DNA from: Moniliella sp. 'wahieum'
Lineage: Eukaryota
Direction of reading: 5' to 3'
Assembly: GCA_003971905.1 (NCBI GenBank)
Contig: RSEE01000035.1
Coordinates: 62,001 to 126,000, forward strand
Length of the DNA: 64,000 nt
Below the pieces are notes generated by a model. It was not told where the DNA came from. It searched no databases and saw only the letters and a program-made list of their open reading frames with translations. A program made the position numbers and the translations under genes. Position 1 is the first letter of the stretch. Every line of letters begins with the position of its first letter. Positions 52,062 to 63,888 of the stretch are shown here, piece after piece.

Positions 52062-53405
52062 ATGGCTGCTGCCCTCCGCACGCGCTCGGTCGCAGGCCGC
52101 ATGCTCCCCCACATGCGCGCCAGCATGTCCCTCCCCCTCCCGCCCCTCCCCCTCCCCTCCCGCCCTCCGTTCCCTCCCGCCGTCGGGCATGATCGCCGCC
52201 TGCCCCGCCACCACGCGCGCCTTTTCTCTCTGGCCCAGTTCCTCCCCTGCCCCTCCCCCCGCACCTGCTGCACCTGCTGCTCTTCCTTTTGATCCTCCCC
52301 GGCCTCCGCCTCCCGCTCCTGCCGCCACTTCCGTTGCGCCCCCGGATCTGGTCCCCTCCGCCGAGGCAACCCAGGCTGCCGCAGCGGCGGCCGAGCCCGT
52401 TACATTCGACCCGGCTACCCCGATCGACTTGACCAATGAGTTTGCCGCCGCTGGTCTGCCCAATGGCTGGGCCACTGTGCCGACTAGCAAGCGTTGGAGA
52501 CTGTTATGATCGCCACGGGGCTTCCGTGGTGGGGTGTGATTGTGAGTGCTGTGGTGGCGCTCAAGGTACTGACGCTGCCCATTGCGATTCGTGGGCAGCG
52601 GGCCACGCTTCGGCTGCAGGAGATGCAGCCCAAGATGGTACGCTTGATGGAGGAGATGCAAGTGGTGAAGAACCGGGGCAATGCCAAGGAGATGCAAGCC
52701 AAGCAGGCCGAAGTGACAGCGGCCATGCGCGAGGCCAACCCCATGGGCCCATTGATGCCCATGTTTGTGTCGGCGCCACTATTTGTGACGCTGTTTTTTT
52801 GCGCTGGACAGATGGCCCATGCGGGACTGTGGTCAATGACCTCTGGTGGCATTCTCTGGTTCCCCGACCTAACCCAGGCTGACGACTACATGGTCCTGCC
52901 CCTCTTGACGGCCGCATGTCAAATGGGTCGTCCGAGACGGGCATGGCCAACCAGAAGGCCGCCGGCCCCGCCGCCAAATTTGCAGGCTCGACCAAATGGG
53001 CTATGCGGGTCGGCCTGTGCTGTTCGCCAATCATCATTCGTTCCTTCCCCTCGGCCGTGTTGCTTATGTGGACCACCAATGCCTTCCTCACCGCTATCCA
53101 GACATACATCCTATCGCGGCACAGTGTCAAGGTCCTCCTCGGCCTCGTCCCCGCACCGCCGCTGCCAAGGTCAAGGTCCAACCGAGGTGGACTTGGTCAA
53201 CGAACTCAAAGCGCGTCTCCAACGCGAAAAACGGTCGTCGTCCACCCTCGCTCCCACCCGAATGGCCACCACCAAGACTGTCTCTTCCCCTTCTTCCACC
53301 AAGAGCCAGCCACAAGGTACTTCGGCCGCGGCGGGAGCGGGCCAGGGAAAGGTATCGGCCCGACGGCCTCCCGCCAAGGTCGCAGGAGTGGGCAAACGAC
53401 GGTAA
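52062..53405 (+). CDS. OXA1: Oxa1/YidC-family mitochondrial inner-membrane insertase
   Basis: Presequence, TGLPWWGVIV..LKVLTLPIAIRGQR, APLFVTLFF, GGILWFPDLTQADDYMVLP, FPSAVLLMWTTNAFLTAIQ and a basic C-terminal tail. Frameshifts. Confidence 0.85.
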
Positions 53406-53707
53406 ATCCGCCCAGTCGTAGGACCAAAAGAGGCCGAATCCAACCTCCGCTATGGCATCTCATATCTTCTTGCCTTTTTTTGCCTCTCACTCCGTCCCCG
53501 TAGGATGGAACCGAGTGCGAGTCAGAGGAACCAACCAACGCGAGAGCAGGGCAGCTAGTTAGACAGATTCCATTCGTGCCTGGAACAGTCCATCGGGCTG
53601 TCAAGAAGAGGTAAAGAGGTAAAGAGGCGAAGAGGCAATGAGGTAAAGAGGTAAATAGCAGTCAGTACCCAGTGGACTTTGGCTCGCGCTAACCCGCTGG
53701 CATCCTT

Positions 53708-54975
53708 TCATCCCACTTGACTTACTCCAATCACATAGGGCACGCGTTGCCGCGGATCGTTCCAGAGCTGGGCCTCGTTGGCCGTGTCGGGACAGGGAAA
53801 GACAAGGGCCCATTGGCCCAGAGCGGGCGGCGGCGTACGCGCGACGGAAGAAGACGCCGAAGACGCGTGGCCGGCGACGCTGGGGGCTGGCTGCTTGCCT
53901 CGCAGGGTGTGTCCCAGGTAAGCAGGACCCGACACACGTGTTCCCGGCCCAAGAGTGACCGCCAATTGCGCAAATCGTCATGGCCGCCGGCGGTGGGACC
54001 AAATGTGGGCACCCCATTCGCACTGGGCACCAGCAACCCCCCACATCCCGCGTCACCTTGATCCCCATCCCATTGGTCGCTACCACCGACACACCACGAG
54101 CGGCTAGTGCTGCAGTACAGTCAGTGTAGGTCGTGCGCAGTTGCGCCGCCACGTCCGTTTGGAATTGGCCGCGAAGGAATTCGTCGAGGCTGTCGAGCAA
54201 GAGCAGGCATCGGTGCGGTTGCTCCAGCAGCGCCGGGAACGGGTGGGAACAAGAAGATCCACTGTAAAGGTTGCTCGCCAACGTCTGCAGCAGCGCGACC
54301 AACTGCGTAGCCGAGGTGCAGCGAGTGTAGCGCATTCGCTCAATCACCTCGCGCGCCGAACAGCCAGTGTCCCCTTGCGCTTCCCCTCCCCCTTCCCCTT
54401 CCCTTTCCCCTTCCCCATCCCCTTCTCCTTCCACTTGGGCCTCCGCTCTCCTACAGAGCGCTTCCACCGTCGCCACCAACGTAGCTGGCGTGAGCGACCC
54501 TTCAGCATCTGCACCCGGCTCAGTCTGGGTCAGTTGGTTGCTCCCTGCCTCCACCTTCGTGGGGGTCGCACGCTCCCTTCGTGCGGACCATTGATTGGCA
54601 CGCACCAATCACATACACCCACGCCTCGGCGTTGGTCGTCCCGCTCGTCCTACACGCCTCTTGTGCCCACCGCACCGCCACCTGCGCAGCCAACCGGCTC
54701 TTGCCCGACGCTGTCGGGCCCAAAATCTCCAGCGTCGTGCCGGATGGGAGACCACGACGTTCGCCGCCCCCTGAAGCAGACGCAGATGCAGATGCAGATG
54801 CAGATGCAGACGCAGGCAGCGCGCTGCGCCACCGACCTAGCACCATGTCCAGCGCGTCGTACCCGGTACAGAGGCGCGGCGCAGGGCGGCGCGGCACCGA
54901 GGCCGGCAGCAGCGCTGCGGTGCCCCGGCCAGGCTGCGTTTGGGCAACGATCTGCGATGCGCTCTGCAGCTCCAT
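53708..54975 (-). CDS. RecA/Rad51 paralog (Rad55/RAD51C-like)
   Basis: LCTGYDALDMVLG, GLPSGTTLEILGPTASGKS (Walker A), YVI-intron-DAEGS, LLLLDSL (Walker B), VVATN, PTFG..W. Frameshift near 54040. Confidence 0.8.
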
Positions 54976-56330
54976 CGTCGTGCCGGATCGGAAGGGGGCG
55001 GGGGAGCAGACGCGAACGTGAACGTGAATGTGAACGTGCGCGCGAATCCGACGCGACGGGGTCGAGGCTCGATTGGTTGATGGTTGGATCGGGTTGGAGA
55101 ATTAATGTCGAGTGCGCCGCGTGCAGCGTGGGTTGGGGCCCCGCCGGGGGGCACTGTCGGTCTGTCCCGCTCAGAGTGACATGTGACATGTGGCAGTGGG
55201 ATGTGGAATTTGAAATGTTGAGCCAGGTCCAGTGGATTCCATATTCGTTCCGGTCCTTCGCACCGCGTGCCGCTGGGACGTGCCAGGGCTGGGACTCCGT
55301 CGTAACTGGGGTTTAATGAGGGGCCACATTGCGCTTAGAGCAAAGTAAAACTTACAGGAGGACAGACGGTTCCCCCGATCGATCGATCCTACTGACAACT
55401 ATTGAAGCAAAAACTCCCAACGGGGGCTATAGAGACGGGAGGTGAGGCTCAACGTAGGCCGGGGGGATTCGGCTCCGATATATGATGAGGCAGATGATGG
55501 TGGTTGCCAGATTGCGTGTGCGCCGCGTTGGACGGGCCTATAGCGGGCCTGTGTCGCCGATAGAGAGCAGGGAGGTCGTGAGATCTCAGAGTTTTGCATG
55601 CCGACGTGAATTCAGAGGCAACAGTGTCGAAGATAGGGCCGGGCAAGGCGTGTCACATGGCACCTGTATGTCGCAAGAGAGACACCAGAGACAGAAGGAC
55701 TCCGCGAGGACCAGGTCGGGCTGCACAGGGCTGCACTCTTCCGATTCGTCGTATCCTCCGTCCCCCCCTCCGCCCCCGGCTGGGCCTTTTTGTCGACGTA
55801 TAATGAACGATGTGCCCACAGAGATCAGAGCATCTCGATTAGGAGGGTAGGATGATGACGTCGATCATGCCGATCACGTTGAGGGCGGATGTCGGTGACG
55901 CCTGGGGATACTGCACTTCTGCCATGTCCGCCCCACACTCTGATCTCGGACCCCCATCGGCCTTATTGGAGGGGGGATTAACGCGGGTTAACGCTGGTAA
56001 CGTTGAACCACCACCTGAAATGCTATAGCGCCTTCAGGCATGTCGTGCACTCTGACGTTGCCATGGCCCTCTCTTTTGATCAACCGCCAATATTCAAATG
56101 TCCACCGGTCACCTCGCCTAATAAAATCGCGCTCCTTCCCCAGTCGCTGGATGGTCTGTTGTCGCACAAATGGAAGTGTGAGTAACCGAGCGGTGTGAGG
56201 GCACATGGTGTCTACAGTACAAGGCGAGGAGAGGACAGGCGATTGGGTCGGAGGCTAGAGGCAGGAGAGAACAGCGGCGGTGCGGATGAGCCAAGAGGCA
56301 GTAGACAACAGCGACATAGTACACAACAAA

Positions 56331-56465
56331 AGACAAGACACAACAGACGAAACAAGACAAAAGGCAAGATCAAGACATGACAAGGCAAGACAAGACATGA
56401 CTAGGCAAGACAAGACAAGACAAGACAAGACAAGACAAGACAGGACAAGACAAGACAGGACAAAT
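56331..56465. repeat. (GACAA)n pentanucleotide microsatellite, imperfect
   Basis: Directly visible; lies 3' of the C2H2 gene. Confidence 0.9.
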
Positions 56466-56755
56466 AAGATAGTAGGAAGATAGAACAGGACCAGGCATTC
56501 GACGCTAGTGCGCATGATGCATGAGCCGAGTATTTCCCGCAGAACAACAGAAAACAAAGCGCAGAGCCAATTGGGCTTGAAGCTGGATCGATCATCAGTG
56601 CATCAACCCCATCAACCCCATCAACCCGGTTCAGCCTGCGACCGAGCCCACGCGAGGAGAAAAAAGGGAAAGGGGGGTTGCTCCACTGACCAACATTGAA
56701 TATTGAGCTTGAGCCCGCACCTCTTGTCCTGATTGGCAGGTCAAGTTCACCTAAT

Positions 56756-58236
56756 TCAACAAGAGTGCACTCGTTCCCACCCCCTTTTTGTCCGGCCAGA
56801 CGGGGACGCGTCCAGATCCGAGCCAAGCCACGTCTTCCACGGACTCAATCCCGTTCGGGACGGAGAGCGAAACATGGTCATGCCCCACAGGTCGCTCTCC
56901 ATCCCCTTCTTCTCTTCCTCCGATGGCTTGTCGACTTGCCACCCCCCACCCGCACTACCGGGTGCCAGGGTAGGCGCAGCCACGCCAGGGGAGAGGGTGG
57001 AGGGCCCTGCCCATTCGGACGAAAGCTCAGGCTTGAGCCGGCCGAGCGGAGGGGAAGCAGTAAGGGAAGGAATGGTGAGTTGGGTGTCGGTGCTGCTCAT
57101 GCCCACCTCTGAATCGTCGCCGGCCAAGGAGGAGAAGAAGGAAGGCACAGATACGTCCGAGGGATGTGGGTTCGCAGACGCCATCCAGCTAGATGGAAAG
57201 GCGGGCGAATCGGACAAAAGAGAGAATGGAGGCTGAGAGGCAGATGGGAAATTGAGCATGGCCATGGGCTCCGCAGTGCGAGACAGGGACGGGTAGAGGT
57301 CGCTGCTGGTTCGCATACCAAGTTCGAAGCCGTCCGTGCCAGAGCAGAGAGGGGGTGAGGCAAACTGGTCTCCAAGCAGGCCCAGCGAATTGCCTGAGCC
57401 CCCTGCCAAGCTCACCGGACGCAGCAGGTTCACTTCGAGTGGAACGGGGGGCAGCGGGGCCAGGTTGGTAGGCACGCTGTGCGGGCGGAGCAAGGTAGGT
57501 GGAAAGGGGGTTGGAGCCGGGGGCAGTGCAAGCTGGGGTGGTTGCGGGGTATAGAAGAAAAGACCCGGATAGGAAGCAGGTGCTTGCCGAGGTGCGTGGC
57601 TGGGCAACAACGGGCCAACATGCGCGCCCACGGTCCGTGGCAAGGTGGGGAGAGGAACAGCAGGGGTCGGCAGGTCGCTGGCAGGGCGAGAGAGGGGAAA
57701 GCCAGCGGCACGGGCAGCGTGCTGGGCGGCCCTTTGCGCGCACGGGCCTTGCGGGCGTACTTGCGCTTGGCCTCCAGCATCCGTTCGCGCCGCTCCTGCT
57801 CATCCTTGGGACGGTTGGGGTTGCGGTCCCACCGGGTATGTCGCGGCTGAGCCGAGAGGGGGATGTGGTGTACATTGGCCTTGTGGCGCTTGAGGTTGCT
57901 AACAGCGTTGGGACCGGCATAGGCCTTGGTGCAGCCCGCCTGGTCGCACCGCGACACTGGCACGGGGGCGGCGCTACCGCCTGCGGTGTTGCCGGCGGCC
58001 CAGGAATTGGGCCGCATGCGCTCCCGCGCCCCAGCCACCTGCACCGTCTTGATGCCTGCCCCCTCCGCAGCGGGCGGGGGGTGGCGTGCGGAGGAGTGTT
58101 CCTGAGGGCCAACAGCAGAAGATGGAGCGGAGGCAGCAGCGGCAAAGGAGGGGATGTGCGCCGGCGCGGATGCGGGGGCGGTGGGCCAGGGGTGTGGAGG
58201 GCAGGTGGAGGCGGGGGTGGAGGTGGAGGTGGGCAT
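56756..58236 (-). CDS. putative transcription factor: single C2H2 zinc finger plus basic helix
   Basis: CDQAGCTKAY..SNLKRHKANVH followed by ERRERMLEAKRKYARKARARK, then a Pro/Ser/acidic tail. Frameshift near 57650. Confidence 0.65.
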
Positions 58237-60137
58237 GGCGCGGGGACAGATGGATGGAGGCGGCCGAGGTGGTGGAAAGAAAGGGTGGATGCTTATAAGC
58301 AGGGGGGTGCAGCCTGGATGGCGTGAACTGGGCCGACTGGCTCTGGTCGGCTTGCGGCCGCACCGTTGGCGAATATCCAGCCGACCTACGCACCAAACAA
58401 CATCGTCGCGTCGGCGACACCAGCGCGCACGTGCCGGCCGCAGCCGGGCGCCAGTGTGCGCCACCTGCGCGCCCGAAAACAGAGCGCTGGCTGGGCGCGT
58501 GCGCGTTGCTGGTGACATCCAACGGGTGATGGGTGACACAGCAGGCCCCGTGCGATGGCTGCTGGGATCGACGGGGGTGCGAGTACTGCGTGGGCGGGCC
58601 AACTTTATTGCTAGCCAAGCATGCCAGCGCCGCCGCCGCCAGGATCGTCGGTGCGTCAGGCGCCCTCGGCTGGGGGCGGCGGCTGGGCGGCCACATCGGC
58701 TGTCCTTGGGATCTGAGATCTGACATGTGACACAGCACCCGTCCACGCCCACCGCGTATCCGGCGGGCAATCAGCCCCCCCGCCTTCCAGTTGCCCCGCC
58801 GCGCGCTTTCCACCCCGCCCTCCCGCCTCCAATGTCCACCGAACATCTCCCCTCCCTTCCGTCTTGCTGTTGCCGCTCCTTTGGCAAGCACCAGAGGCTC
58901 GTCTGCCATCCGTCGACGAGGCGCAAACGTTAATTTGGCTCTTGCAATTCCTAGTATATCGGCGGCAACCAAATCCCCGTCGCTGTCATGTGGGGCGCTG
59001 CGGTTATCTCCAGACGCAGAGCCCCGCATGTCGTAGCCATCTCATGCAAACACGCTTCAGTCCGGTCAACACACTAGTCGAGAGCGAGTCAGCGGACCAC
59101 TTAGTATATCCTGCTGCGGATATATTGGGAGATCCGCTCTCGCATTATAGTGGTGGTGGTGGATTGTAAGACAACCAACAGAAACGTCCACAGAGGAACA
59201 TCAGTACTAAGCCAGTCGCCACGGGCTAGTAGGCTGCGGAACAAGGGAAAAACAAGAAGCGAGAAAAAACGGAGTGGAACACTGTGATGAGCCTGCGGAG
59301 GAGAGAGACTGAAGAGGGACGTCAACCAAACACACAAGCCACCCGCAGTGGCCCAACACATATATTCATTTGCGGCTAACGACATGATCAAATGGGAGTC
59401 GTCGTTGCCATCATGATGCTTTGTACCCCCCCCATCGTGGTCGTTACCACACTCGGCCGCTGTAGTTACCAGAATCAGACTATGTGTGTCTCAGCGCCAT
59501 GATGTCACGCATCACATCTCGCGCTGTTTCTATCCGCTCATCTCTCCTAGTTCTGCCCCTAACGCGTCCCTCTTGGAATAGATCCATCACCGCCTCTCTC
59601 TTTCTCTTTCTCTCTGTAGACCTTGTCCCATTTAGATAGAGTTCTAATGAAGAGCAACGCTACTGAGAGTAACCAGCGGCTTGCAGAATGATCGACGTAT
59701 GAAGTCGTAAATTTATAAAAGCGTGTCAGAATGGGTGAAGGAGAATCATTCATCAAGAGTGACTAGTGAGAAGCTAGATGAAGAGAGGAGAGTGGAAAGA
59801 CGGGGGAACAGATAAGGACTGTGGGCAGGGCGGAGGATCACCACCAGCAGCCTCGGACAGGGTGGCTTCTATACCGTAGCAGAACAGGCATCAACAGATG
59901 GAAAGGGCTCACAGTAGTAAGGGACAACGGGCGGCCTGGTTCCGTCATTATCAAGACTGCGATCCGGTGGGCCGCAGCACAGGCGAGGCGTTCTGCCAAT
60001 AAGCTTTCAGCTGCGTCCAGAGCGAATTAAAGACGAACATCAGCCCTCTCCCCTATACCGCACTATCTTGGTAGCGAACCCCACCCCGCCCTTTTCCTCG
60101 TCCCCTCATCAGCCCCCCGCCGTGTGTGGCCTTCACG

Positions 60138-60948
60138 ATGACTGCTGGGCCTAACGAGGTGTACCATTTCAGTCTGCTCAATGCGCTCATGGCTGGCGTC
60201 GTTGAGCAGGGCACCACCGTTTCCTCTCTGATCCAGCACGGTAACCAAGGCCTCGGAACATTTTTCCGCATGCGCGGGGAGCTGGTCTTATTGGACGGGG
60301 TGGTGTATCAGCTGTTGTACGACGGGTCGGTGCGTTGTAGCGGGTCCCGAGCATACCATCCCCTTTGCCATGGCCACCCACTTCGAAGCCCAAATCACCC
60401 TGCGCGCCGTGACATTGGCCTCCAAGGACGACTTGGATGCTATCCTGGACGAGGCCGTGCCCGGGCAGGACAACCTGTTTGTCTCCTACCGCATTGAAGG
60501 TGGGCACTACCCCAACCTGCGAATCCGGTCCCTTTGTGGTCAGGAGTACCACGGCCAGCCACTACTAGAGGTACTACAGAAGAACCAGCATATCATGAAC
60601 TTGTCCGACCAACACGGCACCGTTATCGGGTTCCGTTCTCCGCTTGCCTTTCAGGGATTCTCCGTTGCCGGTCAACACCTCCACTTTATCTCGGACCAGC
60701 GCGACATTGGTGGCCACGTGCTCGACCTGAAGGCGGAAAACGTTACCATCCATATTGCCGTTGCGAACAAAGTGCACATCGACCTGCCTACCTCGCAAGA
60801 ATTCAACCAGGCCAAGCTCGAGACGTCGTCGGAAAACATCAAGAGCGTCGAAGATGGGTCGGCGGCGTCGAGGCATCAGGCTCGTATGATGATGTTCTCC
60901 GTTTCTTACCCCCAAAGGTACACCTATGGTACTTGTCCAGCTACCTGA
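60138..60948 (+). CDS. alpha-acetolactate decarboxylase (AldC/BudA/AlsD family)
   Basis: YHFSLLNALMAG, GNQGLGTF..GELVLLDG..YQ..DG, IPFAMATHF, GTVIGFRSP..FQGFSVAGQHLHFISDQRDIGGHVLD (HxH..H zinc site), IKSVE. One indel at ~60340. No clear intron within the domain. Confidence 0.93.
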
Positions 60949-62412
60949 CAACCGCCGATTCAGTCCCTTGAGGATTCAACCTACCACACCCTGCACCCAT
61001 TTGTAATACACAACACCAGACCTTCTTCTATAATGCCCCATTATGCGCAGGCAGATGCATCGCCAGATCGCAGGTCAACGTTGACCGCACATACTGTAGA
61101 ACTTATCATCCATCACCATTAACAAGAGAGATCTAGTGTGGCGGGAGCATGGATGCCATCGGGAGAAAAGATCAAGGAGGAGGGAACGCATTGCAGTTTA
61201 TGCAAAGGAAGAATTACAAGTGTACTTGTGCGACGAAAAGCGTTTAGAGGAGCCATTGGTGAGCCGGTGAACACTCCCCCCCAGAGCGCCAACGTCCGCA
61301 CCGACTGGTGGCCCGAGGTCCTCTGCCACACACTGTTCCACACCATCCTCAATAACGTCTACCTCAACTCCACTCTTCCGGACGCAACCTCTGCGAGCGT
61401 TTCGAAAGACAAGCCTTTTTTTGAGAGCGTCGTCCTCCATCCTTCGGATAAGTGTGGCCTGGGAGCACAACCACACTGTCCGCACAGATCATGTCAACCG
61501 CACTCGGTAGTAGTGCATCCACGTCGGCTACAACACCACTAAGAGATCCATTGGCTGTTACGCGTTCATCGCGACACTGGCTGGGCTCCGACCACCATCG
61601 AGAGCGTACCTTTCTGCGACGATGATGATTTGCTAATGGGCGATGATAACAGCGGCGATGTTCCCACTCCCCGGGGGCACACCGCAACTAGCACCGACTC
61701 CGACTATACTTCCAGTGGTTAGGCCTTCTCCGCCTCCGCTCAGACCGCTGAGCTCCGACTCCCAAGTCTGCTCACGGCCCTCCCCTCGGCCGTACCCTAC
61801 GGCGGCACACTTATGCCTCGACCGTGACATTGAAACCCCCTTCGCTTCCGCCGGTCGTCCAAGCCCAACGGCACCGTCCGCAGCGTGAAAGGCCGCACCG
61901 TGGCGTGGGGCGACGTCCAGCCCGCAGACACCTATATGCATACACATTTTCTTCCCGGTGGCTACGCATAATATCTCTGTTTATTTCTTCTCCTCCTGCG
62001 AATAAGCCATGTAATATCCTTGGCAACGCTTTAGGTACGCAGAAGCGAAACGCTAGAGCAGATCTATTGGACATGCCAACAATCTAGATGGGAGGGGAGA
62101 CCCCACCGCATGCGACGTCGCAACACTTGGGCATGGCCAAAACAGCTCGTATGCCAAGCAGTCGGTTGAGGCCTGAGGTCACGTGTGTGTGGTTGCCCCG
62201 CAATTAGACAACAAATCTGCAACGTTGCAAGTGAAGCATCATGCATGGCCAGGCGTCGCAATTAATTCCGCTGCCTCTTCCGCCGGGGCCACGCGCTGCT
62301 GATGCACAGGGATGCGAGGAGCACTCGAGGCGGGATGGATGCCTCACCAGATCTCTCCAGCCCGCTGCCGCCGCCACCATCGCCACCACCACCACCCCAC
62401 CCCATCCCCAGC

Positions 62413-63888
62413 ATGGTACGTCCTGCGTCTCTACCCTCATCCGCCATCGTGTTCTCCATGCTGATCTTCTTGCGTTAGTTCCGTGGCTCTCCTTTCGACC
62501 CGTTCAGCGCCCCGCCTCCCGGCATGGACCGCTTTAATCAGCTGCGTCAGCTCGCCGCTGGCGGGTTTGACTCGCGCTTTGGTGCCCACCCCTCTGCGTT
62601 TGACCAGTACTACACGGCGTACAGCATGGCCATGCTTGCTGGTCAAGAGCACCGTGATAATGTTGTCTTTGGAGGCAAGGTCATCCTGCCACCCTCGGCG
62701 CTTGCGGAGCTAACTCAGCTCGACATTGAGGGCCCGTGGCTATTTAAGTTGCGCAACCCCAATCCTGCTGTGCCACCAAAGGATACTCTGCCCGTCCGAT
62801 GCGACTTCTCCCTCGGGTACCAGCACCCCGGCCGAATCCAGTGCCAGTGCCAGTGGCGTGCGGCGGAGGGCAGCCGTGCGCTACACGCGCGAGAGCTATG
62901 CGGGCGTGCTGGAATTTATTGCCGAAGAGGGCAACGTGCACCTTCCCGCATGGCAGATGCGAGCCTTGGGGCTCAACGAAGGTGACCGACTTCGCGTGAC
63001 GGGCACGACGCTTCCCAAGGGCCGACTGGTCAAGATTCAACCGCAAACCGTTGACTTTTTGGAGATTTCCGATCCCAAAGCCGTGCTGGAACAGGCGTTG
63101 CGCAATTACTCAGCCCTTACTCCCGGAGACATTATTGAGTTCAAGTACAATTGCCTCACGTTCGAAGTGCTCACCTCAAGGTCGAACCCGAGGCACCGGC
63201 CATTGCCATTACCGACACAGACTTGGTGGTTGACTTGCTGCGCGAACCGAAAGGGTACGTGGAGCCACCGCTCGGGTGCGCACGCCTCCGCCCACAATGG
63301 CGAGCAAGCTCAAGATTGATACCGAGGCGGCCGATACCATCACGCCCGATGGTTCAGGGGGAACGGGCACGGCGCTGGGGTCAGCAGGCGCCACGCTCTC
63401 GTTTTCAGGGGCCGGGCAGACCTTGTCGGGCCGCAAGCCGCGCAAGTCGAAGAACCGGGATACGGAGCCTGTCGAGCCAAGTGTGGTGCGTCGAACCGAA
63501 CAAACATTGTGACCAACGACACTGCTTGAGGAAAAGAAAATCCCCAAAGCACTTGAGCTGGAGTTTGGGCGACTGTTCTTTGGGTACCCTACATCCCGCC
63601 TGATGCTGGCGAGGGCAACGAACCAGATGAAGCGTTGGAAGGCGAGCGGCGCATCACATTTTCCGGTGTTTGGGCAAACGTTGTCCGGCCGAGCCCGAGG
63701 CCGCTGGAACCGCCTCCCAAGCCTGCCTCGACTACGGCTGCCAGCATCTTCTGCGCCGTTTGAAGGAGAGGCCGAACGAACGTGGGCAGGCGCAACTCGA
63801 CGAAACGCACCGCGCCGGATGCTTCTCACGATGGTGGCAGCGATCGAAACGCAGCCCAACTTACATCGTGTCCGACGACTCGGACTAG
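62413..63888 (+). CDS. UFD1: ubiquitin fusion degradation protein 1
   Basis: ATG then intron 62416-62478. Motifs: YYTAYSMAM, FGGKVILPPSAL, PWLFKLRN, YAGVLEFIAEEGNVHLPAW, LPKGRLVKIQPQ..FLEISDPKAVLEQALRNYSALTPGD, SHP-like FSGAGQTLSGR, and ALELEFGRLFFGY. Frameshifts. Confidence 0.95.

Noticed and set aside
55850..55945. C/D-box snoRNA candidate (ATGATGA..CTGA)
   Set aside because: Box motifs alone are common by chance, and no target complementarity was recognised.
60138..60948. Bacterial contamination or chimeric assembly at ALDC
   Set aside because: There is no operon partner (acetolactate synthase, butanediol dehydrogenase) or Shine-Dalgarno context. The flanks look like fungal intergenic DNA leading into intron-containing UFD1.
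9929..63888. Programmed frameshifting or mass pseudogenisation
   Set aside because: Breaks are scattered, often at homopolymers, and fall in essential genes with intact motifs. Sequencing error is more parsimonious.
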